From positions 496,001 through 560,000 of the forward strand of contig JAAOMT010000543.1 in assembly GCA_016748015.1 (NCBI GenBank): 64,000 nt of DNA, written 5' to 3'. The translations under genes were made by a program, and so were the position numbers. The notes under the pieces were generated by a model. It searched no databases. It saw only the letters and a list, made by a program, of their open reading frames with translations, and was not told the origin of the DNA. Shown here in pieces: positions 13,695-26,984 of the stretch. The stretch comes from Geosiphon pyriformis uo1 (Eukaryota > Fungi > Glomeromycota). Position 1 is the first letter of the stretch, and the number at the start of each line of letters is the position of its first letter.

Positions 13695-14760
13695 GATATT
13701 GATTGATTCTTTGAATCTGAATAATTGATGAGGAAAGGCAAAAGCCAGACTTTATATTGTTCGAAAATTGAAAAAAATTTTCAATTTTCGAACAATAACC
13801 AAAAACTGTGATTTTTAAAGCGCTCGATAAGGTTGTCATTCATTGCTAAAAGGGTCATATTCAAACCGGAAAGTTCATTAAACCTGCATCGAAGTCATAT
13901 TTTAAACCTTTCTTTTAATTAATATACGTTGAGAAAATCTATCTAAAAGAGATTGTATACTTTTTTTTGAGTCATTTTTTTTTTCTGTACAAGCATAAAA
14001 CACGAACTTTAAAAGCTCTAGATCATAAAAAATTTAAATTAACTAATGTACCGCAGTATTTTTTCACGATCTAGGTTCAAATTTATTCTAAATTAGGTGT
14101 TATTTGAAAAAATTTTCTTTTAAAATAAAGTTTTTTTTTAATCTTTGATTATTAAGTTTGAAAAACACACAAAAGTGTTACTTTAAAATATATATAGATT
14201 TGGAATTCAATAACAATTATTAAATTGGACATTTGATGTCAATCTTAAAAAAGTAATAATTTTTTTATCATTTTTTGGTAAATATCTGGTTTTTTTTAAG
14301 AAATTCGTAAATTATTAATAAAATTTGTCTAAAATCAAAAAACTTTTAAATAAAAATTATCTATTTATATATATTTTAAAACTCGGGAATACGGTGATTT
14401 TTTATTTTCAATGAAAAAATGAATGAAAAATTTTTCAAAAGTGGTTATAAATATTTCTTTAATTAAAAATAACTTTTTTTAATAATTACCACAATTCAAA
14501 ATTGAAAATGTTTTTAATTTATCATTTTTTAATCACCATAATGTTTGTTTTTGCTTTTTTTTTTTTATTATAAATAATAAAGGTAAAAATAGTTGAATTT
14601 CACATTTTGCCAATTCATAGTTTAGAACTAAGAAAATTTCTGTTAAGAGCTATACTAGAATAAAAAATTTCACATATTACAATATATTGTATACAAATTA
14701 ATATCGCCATAAAATATTTATAATTTTTATAGTTGAATTCGAAAATATATTTTATAGGTT

Positions 14761-14833
14761 CGCCCAACGTGGGGGTCGAACCCACAACCTTGAGATTAAG
14801 AGTCTCACGCTCTACCGATTGAGCTAGCCGGGC
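14761..14833 (-). tRNA. tRNA-Lys-CTT: tRNA-Lys (anticodon CTT)
   Basis: The reverse complement GCCCGGCTAGCTCAATCGGTAGAGCGTGAGACTCTTAATCTCAAGGTTGTGGGTTCGACCCCCACGTTGGGCG folds into a 73-nt cloverleaf with A and B boxes and no intron. Confidence 0.98.
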
Positions 14834-15247
14834 TCGTTGATAGTCAAACTGTCGAAAATTTGATACATGTATAATATTTTCAACAAGGTCATGATCCTGG
14901 ATAAACGTAGAAAATTTGTTCCGTTGCATAATTCAAAAATTGCGATTACAAATTATTAGTGTCTGAGAAACTTGTTTATTTAGAATACAAAAGGACAAAG
15001 ATAAATAGAATTAACAGCTTGTAACATTATATCATATGATTAATCCGTGATTTCTAAACTGTGATATTCTGATTTTTAAAGATCATCGGTACTAAAGATT
15101 TTAAAAGCTTCACAAATTTTTTTATAATTGGGACAGCTACACTATATTTTCGAATAGCAAAAAATATTAGCCTACTAGAAGAATCGATGAATATTTTAAT
15201 TATAAACATATTGCTTTGTTTTCCGGTTTATGCTAGTAAAAGAAATC

Positions 15248-15284
<37 letters not shown>

Positions 15285-16356
15285 TATCCAATTATTTTTT
15301 ACTATCATCCCACAAGGCTTGTATTAAAAAATTATTTTTCGAACCCTTTTTTTCTTCAAGTAAAGGTTTTTTATATCTAAAACCTTTGTTTGATATATTA
15401 AATCTCAAATCTTCATGTCGCATGTTCATGTTTCATGTTCAAAAAAAGGTGTGATATTCGATTTTTATACTAGTGACTTTTTACGCTAAAAAAAATTTCC
15501 ATGTTTATTTTTTAAATGCCTTTTTTCTTGCTCTTGGGAATTATTTGTGGCAGATATAAGATTATGCAATATTTTAACAAATGGTTGTTTATTTATAACG
15601 CCCTCATTTTTTTTAACTTCATGATATGTAACAATTATCATTGATCCTTCTTTCCCGACGTCATTGTGATTTCCTAAAATCTCTTAAAGCTGATATTCTG
15701 AATACCAAATAACTTTACTAATTATAGGTTTTTGGCCCGTTAGATAAATCAGCAAATCCTTAAGCTAAATTTCGATTGGTTTTTACCATAAAAAAAACCA
15801 AAAGATTTTCAAATATCTTTTGTAAATGATTTGTATCAAATTTTTAACATTTTTTTAATTTTTTAGATAAATGAACTCTGCTCATATTAATCCTCTATAC
15901 AAAGGCATTTCCTGAAAAATTTATTTAGTGAAATAATATTACAATGATTCTATCCAATTTGGTGAAAATCCAATTATGGAAAATGGTTTTTTTTTGCAGT
16001 TCTACTTATCAGAGTAAATTTTTTACGCCTTGTGGGTTCACATTGTGTACCCCTTTAAGGAATTAATTTATGTAAAAACTTATAAATATGGATGTATTGT
16101 TTTACCTTTAATAACCACTAACGATTCATGGTGGTATTTAAACTTTAATTTTAAAAAAATTTCTAGAATTATTTAGCAAATGTAGTTCAGCAGGAAATTA
16201 AGTATGAGCTTAGAAATCGTCTCTATGCGTACATGGGCTAATGTCTAATAAAATATATATATTAATAACATGAAAGAAAAAGTGGAGCGATTTTTAAGTT
16301 CTCAGATTTTTTTGGCGTAACATTTAATCCAATGGGCTATAATCCTGCTGAATACC

Positions 16357-16392
<36 letters not shown>

Positions 16393-16741
16393 ATTGAAAT
16401 TTAAATCTCTTCATGGCATTCTCTACAAATCATAATGACGCGGTACACAGCAACATACAACTTCAAAACTCGCTTGGTGATGCTGATTGATCAAACGATC
16501 CCATTTTTGTAATCTCACGATTATGATGCATTTAATATGACTGTATGTATAGTCCAAAGCCACAATGAACATTATAAATACGCCATCCAATTCTGATCTT
16601 TGGAAAACCCTTTTTTTTTTAAAAAAAAAAGGTTTCTTTCTCTTTCTCATGATTGGTCAGGCTTTTTGAAAGCACAAAATATCACACAAAACAATAGTTC
16701 TTTTATTTAATTTTCTTGATCACAATACAAAAATCGTTATA

Positions 16742-17928
16742 ATGTCATTTCTACGACCATTCTTACATCGACGTCCCTCGCATGAGTATCAACCTCTGAT
16801 TGTGCACCATGCTGAAAAACATTTCGAATCACCAGAAATTATTCGAGATATCGTTATTGGCTTAAGTGATGGCTTGACGGTTTGTGTTTGAATTCATGGT
16901 CGATTTATCCTTTTTTTTCAGGGGTTAGAGAAGAGAAGATGGAGCTTTGAGAATTGAAATTTCAATTGAAAATATATTTTATGAATGGAAAATTTAACCT
17001 CTTCTTTAAAATTCTAATTTGATCTTTTAATTTTTTCCCCAAAGGTCCCATTTGCATTGACGGCCGGTTTAGCATCGATGGGAGACTCACGAATTGTAGT
17101 AATTGGTGGTCTAGCTGGTAATTCATGACACATCCTATTGTCACTATCCCAATTGTTCGAATTTGAACGATTGATTATTAATCAATTTTCAAATGTACCT
17201 TAGAGCTAGTCTCAGGTGCTATTTCAATGGGGTTAGGCGGTTACTTGGCAGCGCAGTCTGAAGCAGAACATTACGATACGGAAAGAGTACGTGAACAGAA
17301 CGAAGTTCGGGATTGTCCTGAGGAAGAAATTGATGAGGTTGTTGGTAAGAAAATTTCAAACCTATCAATATAAATTTTATATGTTTCTGTCGGTGTAACT
17401 AAATATTTGTCTAATTTAATGTAGAAATTCTCGAACCTTATGGCCTCGACCGTAGAAGTTTAGCACCAGTAATTGATAAACTCAGAGCTGATCCAGAAAA
17501 ATTTGTCGATTTCATGATGAAGTTTGAATTAAATTTGGAAAAACCGGATCCTAAAAGATCTTGGGTGAGTTTCTACTTATTATTTCTTATTTATATTATT
17601 TGGATTATTATGATTTTTTATTATAAAAATTAATACTTACATTTTACATCTTATGTTTTCAAAGATCTGTGCTTCAACAATCGGTATCTCGTACTTTGTA
17701 GGCGGTCTCATTCCCTTACTTCCTTACTTAATCGTTGAATCGGCCAAAACCGGATTATACATAAGCGTTGCCATTACCTTTTTAAGTTTAATTTTATTCG
17801 GATACACCAAAGCCTATTTTATTTCTCCGCAGAACGCTTTCAAAGGTGGTTTGCAAATGGCTGTTGTTGGTATGGCGGCTGCTGCTTCTGCATACGGGTG
17901 TGTCAAAGCAATCGAAAGGTTTACATAA
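16742..17928 (+). CDS. CCC1: VIT1/CCC1 family vacuolar Fe/Mn transporter, 5 exons
   Basis: Spliced product contains IRDIVIGLSDGLT|VPFALTAGL, ELVSGAISMGLGGYLAA, FMMKFEL and GGLIPLLPY. Confidence 0.93.
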
Positions 17929-18575
17929 CATGGCTATTTAATTATGGCTAAAGCTTGGAAATTCTAATTCAATTTCGTAGCAGTTCACGGTTCATTGTAT
18001 GTCCATTTCAAATTTTTAAAGTATTTTCCAATGTTTATACAAAAAGACTTAATTTTAATAAAAATTCTTTGATGTTCCTTGATTATTAATCAAGAAATAC
18101 TATTTCAAAATTTTGAAAGACAATCGAGGCTTGCTATTCATTATATAACTTTTCGAACATTGCAAATTAATTATTATTATTAAACTAAAAATACATTAAA
18201 TTTTCTTTATCTTTGAAAAAGAATAGATTTTTAAAATGATTGCTTTGTTCAAGCTCGCGAATTTCACCATTAAAATTTGTAGTCCAATGAGCATTGGCTA
18301 CAGTTTTATAAATTTAACGAGTTTGATCGAATATGAAATTCTATTATTTACCCTAAACAAGTTGCAAAAATTGACTCAACTCCTGTCAAAAATTTCAATG
18401 GTAAAAAAAATTAATGATTTCAGCATAATAAAATATAATCGTAAAAATACCAAACATTGTAACAAAAATTATAGCAATTCCATAGGCCATTTGGTAACAC
18501 AACCAAGATGGTTCTTTTTTCCCATTACTATGTACCAACTTTTTTTCATTATTCTCTCTCCCTCTGACATTGTTT

Positions 18576-19100
18576 CTATGAGAATGTTGGAAACTCCCCA
18601 GTGGCGCGTTTTGCAGCTCTTTTTGCATGTTCAGTATCAAGAGGCCCTTCTTTGGCCATAATCCCTATTCCAGACAAGAAAAAGGTAACAGCTTGAATCC
18701 CGATATACGTAAAGGCGCCGATCAATCCACCAATACAAGCAATGAACAATAAAACCCCAACAACCGGGAAAAACACAAGTGATCCCAAGAATGCCAAGAA
18801 CCCTTCAGCACACACGATCCCAATACCGGCGATTCCAACCACGATTGCCAAAGTCCCTATAATCCAACCAATCAATACAACGGCCGGAATTACGCCATAG
18901 GTAGCAGCGATATAAGAGTACCAGCGAAGAAACGGACTAGACTCCCACTTGCTCCTTACAAAGTTCCTGACCCGTTCAACAAAGTGTCCCGACTGTCCAA
19001 ACAGGTCCGCCGCATTGCCAAATTGTTGTCGAACTTCCTCGGCAGCCTGGCCCAAGGCTTCTTGTGCGCCTCGTGCCATACTACTTGTTCCGTTACTCAT
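18576..19100 (-). CDS. Intronless multi-TM/hairpin membrane protein, probably promethin/LDAF1-like lipid-droplet assembly factor
   Basis: ATG at 19100 gives 174 aa with a long uninterrupted Gly/Ile-rich hydrophobic stretch (YGVIPAVV...EGFLAFLGSLVFFPV) typical of promethin hairpins. The family call is by resemblance only. Confidence 0.55.
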   Translation of the reverse strand: MSNGTSSMARGAQEALGQAAEEVRQQFGNAADLFGQSGHFVERVRNFVRSKWESSPFLRWYSYIAATYGVIPAVVLIGWIIGTLAIVVGIAGIGIVCAEGFLAFLGSLVFFPVVGVLLFIACIGGLIGAFTYIGIQAVTFFLSGIGIMAKEGPLDTEHAKRAAKRATGEFPTFS

Positions 19101-19628
19101 ATTGACGGCTGGAAGGATGAGAGAAGAAAATCCCAAATTCGTATGTCTTAAATTAATAGAAGTCGAGATATGTAGAGTAAAAGGATGCTTTGATTTTTCG
19201 GTTTATTGGATAAGAAACAAGAATGTGAAAAACGGTTGGTTCTTGCTCGTTAAAAGGAACTTTATAGGATTCTTTTATACACTTTGGACGTGATTGATAT
19301 ATCATTCGATACAATGATTGTATGATGAAAAGACCCGACTATCAATGATTCTTGGGGTTGATATTTTAAAACGCGTGAATTTTGGTGATTTTTTTAAAAT
19401 TATGAATCATGATGATTAGAAAAACGTTATTAGTAACGCATCATATTTTTTTTGATTCCGCTAAACAAGCTTTAATTTCCTGCATATTACGTTATTTTAC
19501 ATTACGCGATTACCACATGTGATGTGATCCATCCTTCACGTGGATCTAATTAAAGAATGATGACACGAATTAATTTTCATGCTCATCTAATTTTTTGCTT
19601 CTCACTGACATAGTTGTCCAAAACCCAA

Positions 19629-20700
19629 ATGAAAATATATGTAATACCAATACTTCGCACAAAGTTTACCTACTATTGCCACGCAACGCCAAGTCACGAA
19701 ACCTATCTCTCACGCGCGTCTAAATTCGCCTCCTCTAAGTGGGAATCGTTCGGTCAATCGGAGAAGACGAGTTGGAAAGGTAGAATCTTTGTTGCTGGAC
19801 AACGATTACTCGACCGAATAGACTATCAGGAATATTTTTTGAAAGGGATTCCGTTGCGTGAAGAGTGGTCATCACCGAGAAATCAAGTAGGTTGTTTTGA
19901 GTGGCCAACAGATCTTTTGAATTCTCAAATATATAGTTGCAAGGTTTTTACTTTATATGACAGAAAGTGATTTTGAAGTAAACCTAATAAATTATTTGGT
20001 TTTTACCATAGGTCCCAATATTATACCCTTCAGAATTTGTGTCACCACCCGAAATTTACTCAAATCTAACTCAATTGCTTCATAGACGACTACCCTATCA
20101 TAAAAAGTACATGATCTATTCGGCGTTATTTATTCCACTATCTTCTACATTTACCATTGTTCCCCTGATACCGAATATACCATTCTTCTATAATGTCTTC
20201 AGATTTTATAGTCATTATAAAGGTAAGAAAGTAGCCGTCAAAAATTTCGAAAATTTTTTTGAGATTTATTAAAGCTATTTGAAAATTTGCATCTTCAAAA
20301 AATTTTCTAACCGAAATTTGAACAACCAACTCATTAAACAACCTACAAAGCCTACAAAGGTGCCCAACATCTTCATCACATTATCAAACATAATCGCCTA
20401 TCCTTGGTTCCATCCGACCTTCTCGATCAAATCTATGCAGATGTTCATTTGAACGATAATCCAGAACATGTGATCTCTGAAAAAAAGATAGAAGAAATTG
20501 CTAGAGAGTTCAAATTACCCGGATTAGAGATTGATGTGAAACGGGCACGACATCAGATATTAAATGAGATTGCAAAAGAGCAGGCGGCGAAAAAAAGCGA
20601 GAAGGATGTTGTAGTTGATGGTGGCTTTGTTGAAGACGAAAAAGAGGACAAATTACTAGGTCAAAATTCAACGATAAATGGGAAAATAAAAAAGGAGTGA
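19629..20700 (+). CDS. Mitochondrial K+/H+ exchange-related protein (DUF2343, yeast YDL183C-like), 3 exons
   Basis: MKIYVIPI start, LLDRIDYQEYFLKGIP, HKKYMIYS...IVPLIPNIPFFY..FR.YSHYK|AYKGAQHL. Confidence 0.82.
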
Positions 20701-21931
20701 TTCATGGGCTTATAGGATTGAAAAATTTTGGCATATAGGTCAAAAATTTCGAGAGTTTTTTTAGCCCCCTTTTCGACTTATTCTTTGGACTGTTTCGGGC
20801 TTATTGCTGATTTCTACGGGTGAACGAATGAAAAATTGAACTTTCAAGATTCTCATTTTGCATGGAATGATTTTCCTACAACTTTTCCAAAGTATGAGAT
20901 TTTTCATCAATTATTTTAAGATGTTCCGTTTTGGGATGATTTTTGCCACCGTTCATTTTATCAATGGGAATTTCCTCGATTCTATGATTACAAAAGGTTA
21001 CCTGATCATCGGGAATTCGAGTCTTTGGGACAAGGTATCAAGAAAATTAATCATTCAGCAATTCACATTCAAATTCTAGATCATCTCACAAAATGAGACG
21101 GGTAATGATTTGGTTATGTGATCTATCCATTTTCCCGTCTTCAGGATGTCTAACTGTTCAGAGAATATCTTGTCAAAAGATAGAGCCCTAATTAATTAAT
21201 TTGGGCATCAGGTGATTATTACTGATGGGATAAAAAGTCTAGAGAAAATCTAGTAGGCAGAAAGCTCTCAATCTTTACCTATGACGACGGAAATTGTCGC
21301 TTAATTATCTTGATAGGAGACACAGCTCTAAAGATATAAATTTATAATCTTTTAAGTTAGCAATCATTTTATAGCTGTGCTGTCTTTGCTGTTTCCCTCG
21401 TGGCGAACGCGTGAACTTATTTCACATCACAGACGATCACCGGCATAAACAAAAACAGAATTTTTATACTTTTCACAATTTAGAAAGTATCATGAAGATT
21501 TACGCAACGATCTCTAAAAGCAAACAATAATAGCAACATAACCATAAAAGGGGAAACTCAATTGTTCTCCAGAAAAGGAATTTTAATTGGTGCTAATTTC
21601 ATAATCGATGATTCATTATCGTCGGGGTTTTGAAAAGTTGTGTTTAACGATACACTACCACGCGTCCCATGCCAGTCCCCCGGGGGACGGACCTTTGAAT
21701 CGTTTCTGATTCTCTTATTACCTGATAGCAGCAATACATATATCAAGCTGGTATGGTCAAACGAATCCAAAAAGTGTAAAGAATTGATTACAACGTTTTC
21801 ATTGAACGTTTTTAATCGAATTGTATTACTTCGCGTGCAAACGGGGTCCTTTTTTAGATCGAGAAGTCTACTTTTTGGAGGAGGGTCTGACGTAAAACCT
21901 TGAAATTGTTCAAAAAAACGACACGGTAGCA

Positions 21932-24900
21932 ATGTGGTTGCTGGAAGGGGCTGGGTCAGCGGAAGGTATGTTTTCATAATAATAAGGTGCTTTGTGATGT
22001 TCAAAATTTGGGAAAAGATAATAGGGACTATATAGGCGGGACTCTGCTTATTTTTATTAACACTTTGTTTTTACCATTCTGAAAAAGGACAATTCCGTTG
22101 GTTGCGCCCAGGAAAGACGTATGGCGTTGGACGCAAAGGTTTGTTTATTTTACAAGTCAAAAAAACAAGCAAATTTCGCACTCCCTTTGACATTGTGACT
22201 TTTTTTGGTGACAGAGGGGGAGTTTGTTAATCCGCAGGACGAAACTTTGAGTCGTCACCACGCTACAATAGTCGTGCAAGCCAATACTTATGAGCTTGCG
22301 GTAGGTCACGCATCTTTTAAGACGCGTCGATTTTTGCGAAATTTAAAGTTTTTCACAGGTTCTAACAGGCTCATACTTTTAATAAGAGTCATCCGGACTC
22401 GCGGCTTAAAGTCTGGATTAATGACTTAGGTCACAGTAAAGGAGTTTTTGTCGATGGGGTGCGGCTCAATATCGATATCGATGAACGTAGGGTGTTACAG
22501 GAAGGGCAAATCGTTGAATTTGGAACCGCAGGATTCAAATTCAAGTAAATAGAACCGGTTTTTGGTTGTGACAAGTTGTAAATACGTCAGTTAATCTCCC
22601 TTAACTTTTAGGCTGATTTATTACCCTATTGTCATTTGTTGGGCGGTTTTACCTCCGAAAAGGTTGCATCGGGTTCAAAGTTATTGTATAAGGACTGGTA
22701 AATGACACTTCTTTCTTGTTCAAAACAGTGAGGATTTCTTTAACTTTTTTTGTTATATTGACTATTTTTACTCTTACTCGTAGATGTGAAATTTGTGACA
22801 AAATGGTTAAAGTTCAAATGCACTCATTTGCTTATGATCAAGAGCTACCTTTCGGAATTTTGTACAATGGCCCTTGTACAAGGAAGGCCAATCATTGATG
22901 AATCCTGGTTAAAATTGATTTCCTCCGATAATTATTTGACCCAAATGGAGGCTTCATTTCAGCTCCCCCCTGAACACACACATTGTCCCCCTGTAGAAGA
23001 CCCTCATGACGATGTCAGACTTTATCACGTGAATCCGAGGCGAGCCAAAATATTTGGTGGCGTCCATTTTATAGCGTGTGAAGATACCGACGTAAGAGAC
23101 GTAATATCGACAATTTTTCTTCCCATATTTTGCCATTCGAGTTTTTTATGTTCGACTATTCATTAGGACGTGCGAATGTTTGAGAAATGGATTCATTTTG
23201 GAGGGGGAGTGTTGGAAAAGGTTGTTATAGGTCTGGAAGTTAAAGCCAGTTTTCCCGAGGTTCGCAAAGCTTTGGATGGAATACGAAAGAAACTTGGAGA
23301 CCATCAAAGACCGATATTTTTGAAGCCACGTAAAGAGCCTGCTTTCTCATTAGTAAATAGGTACTCTCGAACGTGAGTATAGATTATCTTTGGGTCATCG
23401 ATAAAATTATCGTTTTAATTGAATTGGCTAACAAAGTTTTGATTTATTCCCAGTGAAAGATGTGGAAGGTTAGTTCACGGAAGACAGGAATTGTCTATGG
23501 CAATTCTTCACAATAGTAGACGCCTCTACTGCAACCCTTATGCCGAACCAACGGTTCCTCTAACAGATTTCGGTTAGACGATTTTTTTTTAGGGTAATAA
23601 TAATTGTTTTATTGATTGAAATAGGGTAATTTAACGAGAATATATTCCTTTTAGATTATGCGATGAGCATTAATTTACCACCATCACCGCGGATGCGACC
23701 AACCATCGAAAGCTCCATTGTTTCGCAGGTCAACATTGAATGTTCAACTGGTGATTATCAAACAGGTCTGTGATTAGTTAAGCAATTATTATGAAATCCG
23801 AGAGACTTGTTTTTGATAAATATTTTTACAATTTCCCCCTTCATATTTTAGATAAAATCCCATCTATTGTGCCAAATTCCATTTCAGAGCAGTCTTTATC
23901 AATAATCACATCATATGCAGAGTCAAATTCACAACCATCATATCAGCCTCCAACTCCCGAGACTTCCCAAATACTTCCCCCCTCAACATCAACACTTTCT
24001 GAATCGAACAATTCCGCAACTTCTCTTATTCCTTCTTCGATGTGTTCGTCATTGACTGACACGCATAGGGAAGGATCTTTAACTCCTGCCACCCCTCAAT
24101 TGCTTCAATCACCTTCGACTTCCCTTGTAAAGTACAAAATTTCTACGACAATCGAAGAAAACCAAGGACTCCTAGATTCCCGTTCCAAAGAGTTACCTTC
24201 TAAATTAGCATCTTCTAATTACACTTTGGACAATGAACCAGTCTTAAATTCTTCCTCTTTTCAGAATAAAATCATGACATCAAGAGCAGGAATAGTAAGA
24301 ATATTTTAATATTTGATAAGTTGAAAATTTTAAAATACTAACCTAAAATGCGGTCATTTTTTATATTAATAGAGAAAACCAAGACCTTTTGATTTGTCAT
24401 TTTTTGATTTGTGGCCAGATGTCCCCCCTAAAGCCGTTGACTCAGCTTTCAGTTCCATCGAGAAGGGGAAACAGAAAGCGGATGCACCATTGACGGTAAT
24501 TTGACACAAATGGAAAAAATTCTAATATTTTCTAGATTAACATTTAAGCTTTTGCCTCTCCATCAGATATCAATGGTTCACTCTAGTGTGCATGCGAATA
24601 GTCAACGGTGGGAACTTATGGAAATCGATTCACACAAGGTTTTTTTTCAACTCGAATGGAAAATGTTAACATATTGAAGTTCTTACTCACAGGAATATTG
24701 TTTTCCCAACTTATAGAATATCATGCAATTTGAAAAAAAAGAAGGGGCGAATTTTATCAACAAAACATTGGTGCAGCCAAAAGAAACCCAAGATTCTCCA
24801 GATCAAATGCAAATACATAACTCAATACCCCCGGCATCTCGTGCGCAGCGTCATGAGGATAATAAAGATGCGGGCATTGTCCCTTTACTCTCGCCCGCTA

Positions 24901-25734
24901 CCCCCAACCCCATCCTCAACCCTCTCATTCAAAACAATAAAAATAATGAGGATTATGGATGGTTTCTTCCAGGCAGCATCCTGAGAGGAAATCCCAATCA
25001 TCGGGAAATGGAAAAAGTAAATGATCTGGAAGACCATAAAACAACATCGCAACTTTCGAAGTTAACCCTCAACACTCCTAGAAAAAAACGACGATCAGAC
25101 GCATCAATTTCCATCCCTAACCAAATTGATTCTACAATTCCTGACAATGAGTTATGGTCATTTTCAATTGAGGACAACATAACTCCACGAGTTAGACACG
25201 GAGATAGTCGCCTAATTATGAGAAAACGATCAGAGTATGAGATGGTTGATCCGCGAGCAGTTTATCCAATTTTAAATCAACAATCAGCGACTAATTCGAA
25301 AGTAATGGGAAAGGTGAGTGAGTTAATAAAAATCAATTGAGTCCAGTTGATCAATATTAATCCAAGCTTTTACTTTTTACTTTCTTTTAGAAACCAGTAA
25401 CCTTCCCAAAAATAATAGAGGTCATCCCGCAAACTCAAATTAATACAATACCTACCGGTTAGAATTTTTCAAATTTTTTTTAATTGTGGATCTCCTTTAG
25501 AAATAAATTAAACTTGTCTATCGAATCCGATTATGTTTAACAGGTCCTTCATTAAGTGAATTTTGGAATATATATAGCGATTCCTCACCCGTGGTCAATG
25601 CACAATCTTCCTGGAAAGTTGGATCAAGAATTTCTTATCAGCGGTCAAGTAGCTCAACAGGATATTCAACCGTTATTAAGAGGGTAACACCATCATCATC
25701 ACAGATAGCCCATGAAATAATCGAGATAGATTAG
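21932..25734 (+). CDS. NBS1: Nibrin/NBS1-like FHA-BRCT-BRCT protein with long disordered tail, multi-exon
   Basis: MWLLEG start, LRPGKTYGVGRK, LSRHHATI (FHA), THLL...MALVQGRPIIDESWL (BRCT1) and RAKIFGGVHFI...HFGGG (BRCT2), followed by an S/P/N-rich tail. The stop at 25732-25734 comes from manual splicing. Confidence 0.75.
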
Positions 25735-26249
25735 ATGAATATCCTCAACTTATCTTTATCAGGTGAACAGAATTATCTAATTTAAATTAAATGATGAATT
25801 ATAATTTTTCTGCATTTCGATGATTTCACCATTTCACTTGTAAATAGAAAAGGCAGAATTACATATTCGAGTTTTTCTTTTAGTTTTAGATCAAAACCTA
25901 AGGACTCTAATTTTTAAATACACTTGCCTATGAAACAAAAGTAAAATTCGTGAGGGAAATATGGGTACACTAGATATCCTGCTATTTTTTTGAACGTCTC
26001 GAGAAATTCGGACTTTTTTAATTTGAATTTGCAAGATAGCACGAATACAATATATTTTGCAGATCTCAGTTGTGAGGTTTGTTGCGTGCTAGAAAGAATT
26101 CTTCAAAACGAGGATGGTAATTCTGACGATTTAAATATCCCCTTTTCCATGAGCCTATGTTATCATTTTTCACCTTGCATATTCAAAAATTTAATTAAAA
26201 TAAGATCAAATTGTCTTTTTCACTTAAATTTTTTAAAAATATAATTAGA

Positions 26250-26946
26250 ATTTATTATTGTTTTTGTTTATTGTTATTGTTTAAATAATTAAGTAAAAAA
26301 ATAAGAAAAAAATAATTTATTTTAAAGTGTAATAATTTTAATTATTAATTATAATAAAACAGTTTCAAACTTAAGTAAAATAAACTAATTAATCTATTAA
26401 AATTAATAATTAGTTAATTTTAAGGTTATTAATCTATAAAAATTGCAAATTTTAAAGTATTTATTACAAAATAAAATCAAAATACATTTTTAAAAAAAGA
26501 AGCTTTTTTTATATATTTTTTATAACACAATTTAATAATTAAATGTATATTTTATCAAATTATAAAATATTTTAAATATTTTAACATAATGTTAGATTTT
26601 TTAAGAAATTTTTTAATGTTACATAGTTTAGAGTATTGCATATTCTGATTACTACATTTAGTTACACTTGTACTTTATACAAATTAGATATTAATTAAGT
26701 AATAATTTGGTTAAGTAATAATTAAATAAATGTAAAATAATAATATATACTAATTAATAATCGAAATTAATAAAATAATTAATAATAAATGTTATAAAAA
26801 TAAATTTCAATTTCAATTAATACTACAGGAAAAAAATTTAAACAAAATTTTTTTTTTCCAAAATTAATTAATATTATTACTATTTATTTAAAAAATTTTA
26901 AAAATTTTAATAATAAATTAGTAACTAAGTTATTGTTTCTTCAAAC

Positions 26947-26984
<38 letters not shown>

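Noticed and set aside
20860-21100. Small spliced ORF (VPFWDDFCHRSFYQWEFPRF...)
   Set aside because: It requires 29- and 45-nt introns, shorter than others in the window, and matches no family I recognise.
21558-22004. 148-aa minus-strand ORF
   Set aside because: It has a non-ATG start, is antisense to the nibrin first exon and promoter, and has no recognisable motif.
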